The position numbers were made by a program, and so were the translations under genes. DNA of 64,000 nt from a virus (lineage: Duplodnaviria > Heunggongvirae > Uroviricota > Caudoviricetes): IMG/VR virus record IMGVR_UViG_3300033072_000187, positions 1 to 64,000 of that record; one strand, written 5' to 3'. Within the stretch, counting starts at the first letter, position 1. Each line of letters starts with the position of its first letter. Under the pieces are notes generated by a model, which saw only the letters and a program-made list of their open reading frames with translations, ran no database searches and was not told the DNA's origin. This document shows, piece after piece, positions 8,709 through 16,877 of the stretch.

Positions 8709-9020
8709 ATGTCGAAAACTAGTGAAACAATTACAGAAAATATTTTTAGAGAAAATTACGGAAATAATTCGTTTTTGGAGAAGTCAGCCATACCTAAAGA
8801 GTATGGATTTACTTCAAAAAGTGGAACTTCATATTCAGGGTATCCGGATTTTTTTAAAGACACTCAAGATTATGCAATCATCGTAGAGGCTAAGGCTACA
8901 AATCACGATGCTGCTGAAGATGAAGTGCAATTCTATATGTCTAATAACTCAATAGATAAAGACATGGTTGGAATTGCAGTATCTGGCAAACCTCTACACC
9001 TGTCATCAATCTGCGTCTGA
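8709..9020 (+). CDS. restriction-endonuclease-fold protein (HsdR_N-like), possibly truncated
   Basis: GYPDFFKD...DYAIIVEAK resembles the PD-(D/E)xK core of HsdR N-terminal domains; only 103 aa. Confidence 0.4.
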   Translation: MSKTSETITENIFRENYGNNSFLEKSAIPKEYGFTSKSGTSYSGYPDFFKDTQDYAIIVEAKATNHDAAEDEVQFYMSNNSIDKDMVGIAVSGKPLHLSSICV

Positions 9021-9131
9021 GTGTGCCAACAGGTGAGCCAATCTTGTGGTACAATGCTCTGATTGAAGCCACCGTCGAACGGCTTAGAGTCTTGAATTTT
9101 AAGGGATTCTCTAATGAAAAGAAGGATTAAA

Positions 9132-9410
9132 ATGACAACGTATAAAAGAAAACCAATCAAAGTAGAAGCAATCCAATTAACAGATGAAACATTTGTCGAA
9201 TGTTATGAAGGGTGGATTGGTACAGGTAATATCTTAGATATTCTTTGGTTGGATGATGCTGGATATACAGGAAGATATATCAGATTCAAATCTGCTCACG
9301 GGCACTTCATTATTGAAGAAGAGGGTTATCTTATCGAAGATGAAATTGGACTTTATGTTTGTGATCCAGATACATTTAAAGAGCAATATGAGGTAGTAGA
9401 TTATGAATAA
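9132..9410 (+). CDS. hypothetical protein, paralog of 9945..10217
   Basis: Shared N-terminus YK.KP...EA.QLT..TF.EC; GAAGGATTAAA-ATG. Confidence 0.5.
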   Translation: MTTYKRKPIKVEAIQLTDETFVECYEGWIGTGNILDILWLDDAGYTGRYIRFKSAHGHFIIEEEGYLIEDEIGLYVCDPDTFKEQYEVVDYE

Positions 9411-9948
9411 AGCAAATAGTCGTAGAATGGGGTATGTTATAACTAACACAAGAGATTCTGACGCGTGGTTTACCCCTTTAAAATATATCGAATCTGTAAG
9501 AAAAGTACTTGGTACTATTGATTTAGACCCGTTTTCGTCTAAAGAATCTAATCGTACTGTTATGGCAAGTACTTATTATACAGCAACCCAAGACTCGTTA
9601 TCTTTTACATGGGACAAGGTAAGAACATGCTTTGCAAACCCTCCGTATAGTAGGGGTCTGCTACAAAAATGTATAACCAAAATAATACAAGAGATTGCTT
9701 CAGGTAATATTGAAGATTGTATTGTACTGGTAAACGCAAGTACAGATACGAAATGGTTTCATTTGTTACTAAGTAATAGCTCCGCTATGTGTTTAACACT
9801 TGGGCGTATTTCTTTTGAAAATGTAGATGGTAAAAACATTTCAGGAAATACGAAAGGGCAGTGCTTCTTTTTATTATCTAAAAATGCAGATATTATTAAA
9901 TCATTTTGCACTGAGTTTAAGAAGTATGGGGAAAGTATTATCTTATGA
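9403..9948 (+). CDS. phage-type DNA N6-adenine methyltransferase (Dam, PF05869-like)
   Basis: WFTPLKYIE...LDPFSS...FANPPYS motif IV. Confidence 0.7.
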   Translation: MNKANSRRMGYVITNTRDSDAWFTPLKYIESVRKVLGTIDLDPFSSKESNRTVMASTYYTATQDSLSFTWDKVRTCFANPPYSRGLLQKCITKIIQEIASGNIEDCIVLVNASTDTKWFHLLLSNSSAMCLTLGRISFENVDGKNISGNTKGQCFFLLSKNADIIKSFCTEFKKYGESIIL

Positions 9949-10217
9949 ATAAATACAAACTCAAACCTTTAGAGATTGAAGCTGTTCAATTAACTAACAA
10001 AACATTCCGGGAGTGTGTTGAACTTATAGGACACAATCTTGTTGATTGTAAATGGGATGATAGCAATAGGAGTCCTTGCTTTTGGTATATCTCTTTTATA
10101 ACAGAAGAAGGAAATCTTTATAATGCATATAACGAAGATTACATTATACGAGATAGCTCAGGCAACCTTTCTTCCAAAACTAAAGAGAGTTTTGAAGAAG
10201 AATATGAAAAGGTATAA
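9945..10217 (+). CDS. hypothetical protein, paralog of 9132..9410
   Basis: ATGA overlap; shared N-terminal motif. Confidence 0.5.
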   Translation: MNKYKLKPLEIEAVQLTNKTFRECVELIGHNLVDCKWDDSNRSPCFWYISFITEEGNLYNAYNEDYIIRDSSGNLSSKTKESFEEEYEKV

Positions 10218-10253
10218 TCAATTCTACTAAGTATTATTAATACTTAAAATATC

Positions 10254-10289
10254 CAACCTTCTAGGGATAATACCTTAGAAGGTTTTATT
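10254..10289 (+). terminator. rho-independent terminator ending the + block
   Basis: AACCTTCTA...TAGAAGGTT stem followed by TTTTATTT. Confidence 0.6.
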
Positions 10290-10406
10290 TCGTCTATAAT
10301 TTATATTGTGTTAGAAATTGACATGATGTATTGTATCCTACGGATACGGTAGATACCTTCAGTGCTTTTAGCACTAGAAGTATCTTATCAATATATATAT
10401 ATAATA

Positions 10407-10423
10407 TGTAAGCGTAGCTTACA
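10407..10423. repeat. inverted repeat TGTAAGC-gta-GCTTACA (copy 1)
   Basis: Identical 17-mer recurs at 10659-10675. Confidence 0.6.
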
Positions 10424-10453
10424 ATATAATACCGTAAGATATATCTTACATAT

Positions 10454-10658
10454 GAAATATCTAAATAATACTTAAATATAATTAAAATAAACTATTATTT
10501 ATAAATATTTAATTAAAATATCTTATTTTCAATAAGAATTATTACCTTTTAAAATATATTTTAAAGTAAAATATCATAGCTTTAGCTATAGCATTTTTAA
10601 TAAAATATCGTAGATATTACATTATTACCTGTAAGTAATTTACTTACACAGAAATATC
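10454..10658. repeat. five direct (A)AAATATC repeats, iteron-like
   Basis: Copies start at 10454, 10515, 10568, 10602 and 10651. Confidence 0.45.
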
Positions 10659-10675
10659 TGTAAGCGTAGCTTACA
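10659..10675. repeat. inverted repeat TGTAAGC-gta-GCTTACA (copy 2)
   Basis: Exact second copy of the 17-mer at 10407. Confidence 0.6.
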
Positions 10676-10818
10676 TACTATATCACTCGACACATCATAT
10701 CATCTTTGCAATAGTAAATTCCTATAAGATTATTGTGCTTGATAGAAGATAATGATTATATGCTACGCATATAGATGAATATTGTAATCTGTATCTTTAT
10801 GTGCTGAAGAGATAGGTT

Positions 10819-11209
10819 ATCCCTGAAAGGGATGATAGGAAATTTACTCCTAACGAAGTTAGGGAGGGAATATTATGCTATTTGGTCTATGTGTTTGGGT
10901 ATTTACCTACATCTTGGAAAGGGTGCTATATCTATCATATTGGAATTGGTGCTTAACCGACCACCTCCCCCTCCATCTACACCTTGGAATAATCTTAAAA
11001 TATCAAGGCTCGTTGTTACCAGAAAGGATATAGCTTTATAGCGCAGCTATAGCGTTATAACGCTTCAAAGCGAAGCTTTGAGGGGATATATCACTGAATG
11101 ATAGTTTATCGCTTACAGAGCGATTGTGAAGGGATTAGGGGGTATTGTGAGGCTAGGGATTATCTATAACCTTCGGTTATTTTTAATTTATTACCAGCCG
11201 CAAGGCTGG
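10819..11209 (+). ncRNA. candidate structured RNA: cluster of stable mini-hairpins in a non-coding region
   Basis: Hairpins with GAAA-type (10819-10833), GAA (10847-10866; 11063-11083), UUCG (11166-11180) and GCAA (11194-11209) loops; no credible ORF. Confidence 0.3.
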
Positions 11210-11224
11210 AAGAAGATTGCTAAG

Positions 11225-11403
11225 CATAATTTATTAATTTATTAATTAATTAATAAACAAATAACATAATAACAAAACAAAAACAAACATAATAACAACA
11301 AAACAAAAATATACACATATAAACATATATACATACAAACAAGAATACAAAATACATATAAACAAACAACAAATAATAAACACACAATAATAACCAATAT
11401 TAT
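11225..11403. repeat. 179-nt low-complexity A/C/T tract with a single G (ARN-type repeats)
   Basis: Only G is at 11343; dominated by AACAAAACAAAAACAAAC-like repeats. Confidence 0.5.
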
Positions 11404-11683
11404 GCTTAGCATAATAGCAAATAATATATTAGTTGCTCTCAGCAACTAGCATTTTTACTACACACAATAGTATTGATCTGCACAATTAATACTTGCACAA
11501 TATTATATATAATTAATTGCTTCGCAATTAAGACAGATACAATTAAACGTACTACGTTTATTAATAACTATATATAACATATTACGTTATATTATTTTAA
11601 ATGAATATAATCGTTAATAACGATTATCTAATAAAATAGATTATTTTATTTATTTATTATTTATAATCTATTTTTATTATTTA

Positions 11684-11736
11684 TTTTGTGCAATATTGCA
11701 CAAAACAGAATAAATATATCTTGCAATTTGCAAGAT
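11684..11736. repeat. two perfect palindromes built around TTGCA/TGCAA
   Basis: TTTTGTGCAATATTGCACAAAA (11684-11705) and ATCTTGCAATTTGCAAGAT (11718-11736). Confidence 0.5.
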
Positions 11737-11873
11737 ATGATATTGAGTTTTAATTTTTGTTTTGTTTAATTCTTATTTATTATTTTATTTAGAATTAAAT
11801 GATTTTTTATTGTTTTGTGTAACAAAACGAGGAAATAATTATTTTCTTTTGAAACTTATTTGACCTGAAAATG

Positions 11874-11897
11874 AAAAGCCCCGATTAAGGGCTTTTT
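11874..11897. terminator. bidirectional rho-independent terminator
   Basis: AAAAGCCCC-gatta-AGGGCTTTTT; T-runs on both strands; follows the minus-strand ORF 11903..12142. Confidence 0.6.
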
Positions 11898-11902
11898 AAG
11901 GA

Positions 11903-12142
11903 TTATTCGCTATCCGGTCTGAGGGAGTACCAGTTACCTGAGCTTTTTATCCTCCCACCTCGCTTTAAAAACTCAGTTGATCCCGCGGGGAGGTTGTAAC
12001 AACTGCATCTCCGGTACGGCAGCTTTTCTGAATCCACAAAAAAGTTGCCGTCAAAATATGACAGGTTGTGTTTAAGACGAGGAGTCGCCATACGTTTGAC
12101 ACCGTTAATATATATCTCACGCCACTGATCTGAATAACTCAT
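11903..12142 (-). CDS. hypothetical protein (GC-rich island)
   Basis: Track ORF; GAGGAAACC RBS; about 50% GC locally. Confidence 0.45.
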   Translation of the reverse strand: MSYSDQWREIYINGVKRMATPRLKHNLSYFDGNFFVDSEKLPYRRCSCYNLPAGSTEFLKRGGRIKSSGNWYSLRPDSE

Positions 12143-12176
12143 TTTGGTTTCCTCTTGCTTCGTTGTTGACGGGTCT

Positions 12177-12204
12177 ATTGTAGATCAACTATAAACCTTG
12201 TCAA
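12177..12204 (-). promoter_or_regulatory. sigma70-like promoter TTGACA-N16-TACAAT
   Basis: On the minus strand: -35 at 12204-12199, -10 at 12182-12177. Confidence 0.5.
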
Positions 12205-12230
12205 CACTTATTTTTTAAAAATCTCATGCT

Positions 12231-12437
12231 TTATGTTTCAGTACTTGCTTTAATATTTTTAACTTCTTCAGTTAAAAGATAGAATTTATCATCGCTAATC
12301 CTAGCACAATGTTCCCCCTCCCCTTCCCTGCAATACTCGCAAGCTCGGCATGAAAAACAATAACGACAGCCGCAGTTTTCCCCGCCGCAATCGCAGCAAT
12401 TAAAATAGTCATGACACGTTTCTGGAATGTTTAACAT
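12231..12437 (-). CDS. small Cys-rich protein (68 aa, 13 Cys)
   Basis: Track ORF; GGGGG RBS; own promoter upstream. Confidence 0.5.
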   Translation of the reverse strand: MLNIPETCHDYFNCCDCGGENCGCRYCFSCRACEYCREGEGEHCARISDDKFYLLTEEVKNIKASTET

Positions 12438-12471
12438 TTCCGAACCCCCGTAATAGTTATTCGATGGGTAT

Positions 12472-12499
12472 ATTGTATATTAACTAAAAACTTTGTCAA
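12472..12499 (-). promoter_or_regulatory. sigma70-like promoter TTGACA-N16-TACAAT, near-duplicate of the 12177-12204 promoter
   Basis: -35 at 12499-12494, -10 at 12477-12472; flanks resemble the other copy (AACTTTGTCAACA, AACCTTGTCAACA). Confidence 0.5.
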
Positions 12500-12606
12500 C
12501 AAGAATCTTAGAATTTTTTACTTTTCCTACCTGCCTCCAAAACGCTCAGAATCGAGCTATAACGCGTTTTATGCTTTCCAAGTGGTATATACACTAGGAG
12601 AGATAG

Positions 12607-12630
12607 AAAAGGCCCATTACGGGCCTTAGC
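12607..12630 (-). terminator. rho-independent terminator
   Basis: AAGGCCC-gtaat-GGGCCTT stem followed by TTTT on the minus strand. Confidence 0.5.
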
Positions 12631-12648
12631 GTTTAAAATTGGAAGGTA

Positions 12649-12906
12649 TTAGTCCTCTTCGTCTACCTCCACCTCTTCAAAAATTAATTCATCTCCTGAA
12701 AAATGTATAGTTGTTGGATTTTTAGTTCTTGTATATTGCCCTTTCAATTCTAAAAACCCCTCTTGGCAATTATCGTCAAACCTAACGTCATATTCCCAAA
12801 GACTTAAAAACTCTTTAAGCATTTTCTCTGAAAAGTTTTTAATTAAAAATTCAGCAAGGGAAATACGGCCTTCATGTGACAGTTCCGTTGCAATTTTCAT
12901 TTTCAA
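12649..12906 (-). CDS. small acidic protein (85 aa; C-terminal EEVEVDEED)
   Basis: Track ORF; last gene of a three-gene minus-strand operon. Confidence 0.5.
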   Translation of the reverse strand: MKMKIATELSHEGRISLAEFLIKNFSEKMLKEFLSLWEYDVRFDDNCQEGFLELKGQYTRTKNPTTIHFSGDELIFEEVEVDEED

Positions 12907-12921
12907 TAGTCCTTTAATTAA

Positions 12922-13131
12922 TTAATCTTGCGGTTTAAAACTAGGGTCGATTAGCAAACGTTCCTTTTTATATTCCACCCAATCGGCAAAATCTAGAAAA
13001 TAATTAACGATTCTACGGGTGAAGTAGTTATCAATGCCGTCTGCGTTTTTATATTGCTCTTTTAGGCAATTAATAAAGTCCTCTTTTGTTTTTAATAAAA
13101 ATAATGACGCTAGCTGATGATTAATATTCAT
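12922..13131 (-). CDS. hypothetical protein
   Basis: Track ORF trimmed to the internal Met that clears the upstream gene end. Confidence 0.45.
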   Translation of the reverse strand: MNINHQLASLFLLKTKEDFINCLKEQYKNADGIDNYFTRRIVNYFLDFADWVEYKKERLLIDPSFKPQD

Positions 13132-13138
13132 TTTAATC

Positions 13139-13750
13139 TCACAAATAAATACCTGTATACATGTCACGTTTTAAACCGTAGCCTTGATCGTCCCAGAATA
13201 AAATCCCGTTTTTTTGATAATCAGACATACAACCATAATCAATATTTCCATTTTCATACTTTTTCAATTCAGGAATAAAACCATATCTTGCCAGAAAATT
13301 TATAACTTCATATTGCCAATGCGAACCATACCCATAAGCTAACGGAATATTAATATATTTAATGGTATCCTCTTTTTGTGGTAAGATCGTTCTCACCGAG
13401 AAATAAGAACTACCATTGACTTTATCAAACCAACGTTTGCATTTCACATGAATAATCCCGTCGAGGTTTTTTTTAATATGTTCCAAACAGTCCGCGATTA
13501 TATCGCGTTTAATTAAGCTAGCAGCCTCAGAGATTTCGGCAGCTTTGAATTTTAATTTAAATTTTTCGCGTTGCTTCTGTGCCTCAGCGCTGGTAATATC
13601 ACGGAAGCTGATTACAGGGACCTCTCCCCCCAGTAAATCAAAACCTGTGGTTAACGCCTTTTTATAGGTTTTTTCGTCTTTAAGAATAGATAAAACTAGA
13701 TTATTTGATGCGGCGCTTGAAGCGCCGGTTTCAAATTTAAGTTCTTGCAT
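13139..13750 (-). CDS. hypothetical protein (203 aa)
   Basis: Track ORF; no motif recognised. Confidence 0.5.
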   Translation of the reverse strand: MQELKFETGASSAASNNLVLSILKDEKTYKKALTTGFDLLGGEVPVISFRDITSAEAQKQREKFKLKFKAAEISEAASLIKRDIIADCLEHIKKNLDGIIHVKCKRWFDKVNGSSYFSVRTILPQKEDTIKYINIPLAYGYGSHWQYEVINFLARYGFIPELKKYENGNIDYGCMSDYQKNGILFWDDQGYGLKRDMYTGIYL

Positions 13751-13868
13751 GATATTCTCCAGTGATTGTTACAGGGATAAAACATTTTATCGCTAGCGAC
13801 TATCATACCATTAATCGCTAGGGTTAAGGTTTTATTTGATACGGTCTAACAGGTTTAATGCTTCATCA

Positions 13869-14048
13869 TTAGTCAATTCTCCAAACTTGCCCGTTGTGCT
13901 TCCTTGCATAATTGTTTGCCTTTGCTGCCGTGGCATTTGCGAAAACTTCAAATTCCCCAGAGGGTAATTTAACGCCAGAAACTACGCGAAAAGGGAAATA
14001 AGCTTTCACACGTTTAATTTCGTTAACCTCTTCTTCTGTTAGTACCAT
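13869..14048 (-). CDS. hypothetical small protein (59 aa)
   Basis: ATG..TAA frame read by hand; weak AAAGG RBS. Confidence 0.3.
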   Translation of the reverse strand: MVLTEEEVNEIKRVKAYFPFRVVSGVKLPSGEFEVFANATAAKANNYARKHNGQVWRID

Positions 14049-14365
14049 GATGTTACCTTTAAATAAAACTTACAAACAATGTAGAAATTATACAACAAAG
14101 AATCAAACTACGCAACAACCCGCTTGAAATATTTTGCTTTGCGGGGATGAAGTTTTTATTTAGCATACAACACCTATTAAAATTAATCTACCTAGATTTT
14201 AGCTCACTCGAAGTCTAAAATCAAGCATCGTTTCCGCTCATGCCCTCGCGGGGCCGTCTTGCTTATGTTGCAATGCTCTTTCGGCATGGGATGAATAGTA
14301 ACAAAGCTTTTCAGGACGTGTCAACAGTTTTTCAAACTTGATCAGATACCCAAGTGACAACCCAA

Positions 14366-14383
14366 GGGGGGATCGATCCCCCC
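14366..14383. repeat. perfect 18-bp palindrome GGGGGGATCGATCCCCCC
   Basis: Read directly; followed by a ~70-nt G-depleted C/A-rich tract. Confidence 0.6.
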
Positions 14384-14720
14384 CACCCCGGAAACCCACC
14401 CACCAACAGATCAGCAACCACCCCAAACAACCACACCAATTTAATCTTCCCTACAAACTTTCTTTACTAAAAGTAAATCGTAAAAAACTGAATCGTAAAA
14501 AATTCAGCTATTTGTAATTAAGTATTGAATGATTATTTTTATGAATAACTAAATTAATTTAATAATTTTCTACATCCTAAAACAATCTGTTTTAAATTTT
14601 ATAAATCCTAAAATAATCAATTACTTGAAGATATAAACTTAAAGTAATTATTAAAGTATAAAAGAAAATAGCCCAAGGATATTTCTATCCAAGGGCTATA
14701 CATTTACTTTACTTTATCTA

Positions 14721-14888
14721 TTAATTCCAGTTACGTTTATCGTAGTCAGATTTACGTTTTGATTTATTCTTCTCACGCTCCTTGCGTTGCAAGGAATCAG
14801 GATTACTTCGTTTAGTAATCTTTTCAAACGTGCTATTGGTTTGAGTACCGCAAATATAATCTGCTTCTTCAATGTAAAATGATTGCAT
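14721..14888 (-). CDS. small basic protein (55 aa)
   Basis: ATG..TAA read by hand; Lys/Arg-rich C-terminus. Confidence 0.3.
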   Translation of the reverse strand: MQSFYIEEADYICGTQTNSTFEKITKRSNPDSLQRKEREKNKSKRKSDYDKRNWN

Positions 14889-14924
14889 TTTATTTATTTC
14901 CTTTGTTTATAAAGTAACTAGATT

Positions 14925-15575
14925 TTACTCTTTACTTCCTAGATTGTCAATAACTTTTGATACTGAATCATCTCCAAGCTCTTCGGCTACTTTCAATCTA
15001 TGAGTAATTCTACCATCTCTTTTATAATCTTGTAAAGTCTTTTCAGACAAATCTTCAATCTTTTTGTAATACCTAGCAGAATTCCATCCTTCTGCTTCAG
15101 CAAGAGAATTCTTCTCTTTATTTCTTGCTTTAATAGCAGAATCCAAGGCTTCTTTGTTTTCTTTTACAATTTTGTAAATTTGTTTTCCATTTTCCTTAAA
15201 ATATTCCTGTAAATTCCTACTAGGTTTGAAATGAAACTTACTACCAGAAGGAATCCATCTTTCCTCACCTAACGATGGAATGTAACTCTTCTTAGCAGGT
15301 TTAGGTCTTGCTGAAAATACCCCAAACTTATCAATCCTTACTCCTACACCTTCAGTAATAATGCTTTCAATCATTTCTGTTAGAAATAGTTCTATAGCAT
15401 TTTGTACTTCTAATTTTAGAAGAGTAGGATTATTCTGTGCAACTCGCTTACAAATCTCTTGATAAGAGATGGTATTACGATAATGCACAGAACGAATATT
15501 GCCGTTTAAAGATTTAAGCCTAGCTTTAATCTCATAGATTTCTTTTGTATTTTCTGTATTATTTTCAGAATTCAT
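14925..15575 (-). CDS. HU/IHF-like DNA-binding protein with an N-terminal extension
   Basis: GVGVRIDKFGVFSARPKP...GEERWIPSGSKFHFKPSRNL resembles the HU beta-arm region. Confidence 0.55.
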   Translation of the reverse strand: MNSENNTENTKEIYEIKARLKSLNGNIRSVHYRNTISYQEICKRVAQNNPTLLKLEVQNAIELFLTEMIESIITEGVGVRIDKFGVFSARPKPAKKSYIPSLGEERWIPSGSKFHFKPSRNLQEYFKENGKQIYKIVKENKEALDSAIKARNKEKNSLAEAEGWNSARYYKKIEDLSEKTLQDYKRDGRITHRLKVAEELGDDSVSKVIDNLGSKE

Positions 15576-15836
15576 TTAAAATAATTCCAACTAATCCGTA
15601 AATTGACAATAATAAAACTCTATTAGAGTAATTAGCAATTGATTGATCCCTTCTACTAGAAGTTTATCTCTACTCTTCAATGTCTACTTTAACCTTATAC
15701 TTTTCTTTCTTGCGCTTATCTTCATGTTTTTGAACGGGTTTAATCTTAGTTTGCCTTCGTACTTTAATAGGTTTCGGTTCTTTAATCTTTTTCATATTTT
15801 GGAAATCCTTTTGAAATCTATATAAAATAATTTGAA

Positions 15837-16250
15837 TTATACTATAAACTTTCTTACTTTAATATTATTTTTCATAAGTTCATAGATACCTGTTTTATCT
15901 CTATATTCTTCAAGATAAATAACTTCGGAGATACCCGCTTGAGCAATCATAGCACTGCATTGTTGGCAAGGACTTAGAGTAACATAAATGTTACTACCTT
16001 TAATACTGATACCTTCCTTAGATGCTTTGAGAATACAATTTAATTCTGCGTGTATAACGTAAGGAGAAGTTACATTATTGTACTCACAAACGTTATCCCA
16101 GCCCGCGGGAGTGCCATTGTAACCGGGAATAATAACCCCCGAAGGGGTTACTAAACAAGCTCCTACTTTCTTCCTGTTAGCTTTACTTAACTCAGAATGA
16201 GCTAAAGCTACTTTCATATAGCAGGTATCTAGTTCATGTTGCGAAGGCAT
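15837..16250 (-). CDS. dCMP / cytidine-deoxycytidylate deaminase
   Basis: HAELNCI (HxE) and SPCQQCSAM (PCxxC) zinc-binding motifs. Confidence 0.85.
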   Translation of the reverse strand: MPSQHELDTCYMKVALAHSELSKANRKKVGACLVTPSGVIIPGYNGTPAGWDNVCEYNNVTSPYVIHAELNCILKASKEGISIKGSNIYVTLSPCQQCSAMIAQAGISEVIYLEEYRDKTGIYELMKNNIKVRKFIV

Positions 16251-16253
16251 TTA

Positions 16254-16739
16254 TTACCAGACCTTACGCTGAATAAACCAATTTACTGCTTTGATAATAC
16301 GCTCTTCTCCTACTACTTGAATTGCTTGTCGAACTGATTCCTCTGAATCGTAAATACCAAGCATACAACACTGTTTGCGGCTTATCCAGTAATCCGGTGA
16401 AACAGTATTGTTTTCCATTACAGCAATACTACAATTATTACTTTCAGCAACAAACTCATTCACTCTTCCCTGTTGTTCACGAAGTTCTTGAAAGACTTTG
16501 CGTGTTTCCATTTCGGAAACAGCCTCTTCTTCTGTACGGAAGAAATTACCAATCTCTTTATTGAGTTTATCCACATCATCATCCTCAAAAGGGTTGTGGC
16601 TAACACCCGTTGCTGCGGATATATACCAATATTTACCACCAATCTGAGGCCAATTCTTTTTGCTTTCTTCTTCTTTCAGAAGTTCTTTTAACTCTTCTAG
16701 TTTGGTTTCAAGTTCTTTGATTTTACTTTCGTAGTTCAT
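16254..16739 (-). CDS. hypothetical protein with N-terminal coiled coil
   Basis: Start moved to MNYESK behind AAGGAGAATAAA. Confidence 0.5.
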   Translation of the reverse strand: MNYESKIKELETKLEELKELLKEEESKKNWPQIGGKYWYISAATGVSHNPFEDDDVDKLNKEIGNFFRTEEEAVSEMETRKVFQELREQQGRVNEFVAESNNCSIAVMENNTVSPDYWISRKQCCMLGIYDSEESVRQAIQVVGEERIIKAVNWFIQRKVW

Positions 16740-16877
16740 TTTATTCTCCTTCAAGTAGATGTTGTGTAATTCTTCAACAGGGATAAGATTGATGCGGGTC
16801 ATTTGTTAAGCCTCAAGATAAGTATTTATTAAATAATATTACTGACAATTATCACAAAGTTTATCTTCCATCTTCAT

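Noticed and set aside
10454-10658. AAAATATC direct repeats as a CRISPR array
   Set aside because: The repeats are only 8 nt with irregular 34-61-nt spacing and no longer conserved repeat unit. They look like iterons or binding sites, not CRISPR.
10832-11041. Track ORF (+) of 69 aa containing PPPPPSTP
   Set aside because: It lies inside the hairpin-rich structured region. The poly-Pro comes from a C-run, and there is no RBS.
11082-11160. Possible G-quadruplex from four G-runs (GGGG, GGG, GGGGG, GGG)
   Set aside because: Loops between the runs are up to ~49 nt, too long for a stable intramolecular G4. The hairpin-cluster interpretation is more economical.
11242-11445. Track ORF (-) of 67 aa, MLRATNILFAIML...
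   Set aside because: It is a translation of the G-free low-complexity tract, giving a Leu/Ile/Val/Cys-only polypeptide with no RBS. It is a composition artefact.
14366-14383. G6ATCGATC6 palindrome as a tRNA T-arm, and a general tRNA search of the intergenic regions 10220-11900, 13750-14925 and 21932-22801
   Set aside because: The loop ATCGATC does not match the TTCRANY T-loop consensus, and no acceptor/D/anticodon arrangement could be built around it. No GTTCGA-type T-loops were seen in any intergenic region.
14238-14426. Track ORF (-) of 62 aa
   Set aside because: It translates the C-rich/palindromic segment. Its Gly/Trp-rich composition is an artefact, and it has no RBS.
15643-15825. Track ORF (+) of 60 aa
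   Set aside because: It is opposite a plausible minus-strand small basic ORF (about 15673-15795) and inside a minus-strand block. Its hydrophobic low-complexity translation and lack of RBS mark it as spurious.
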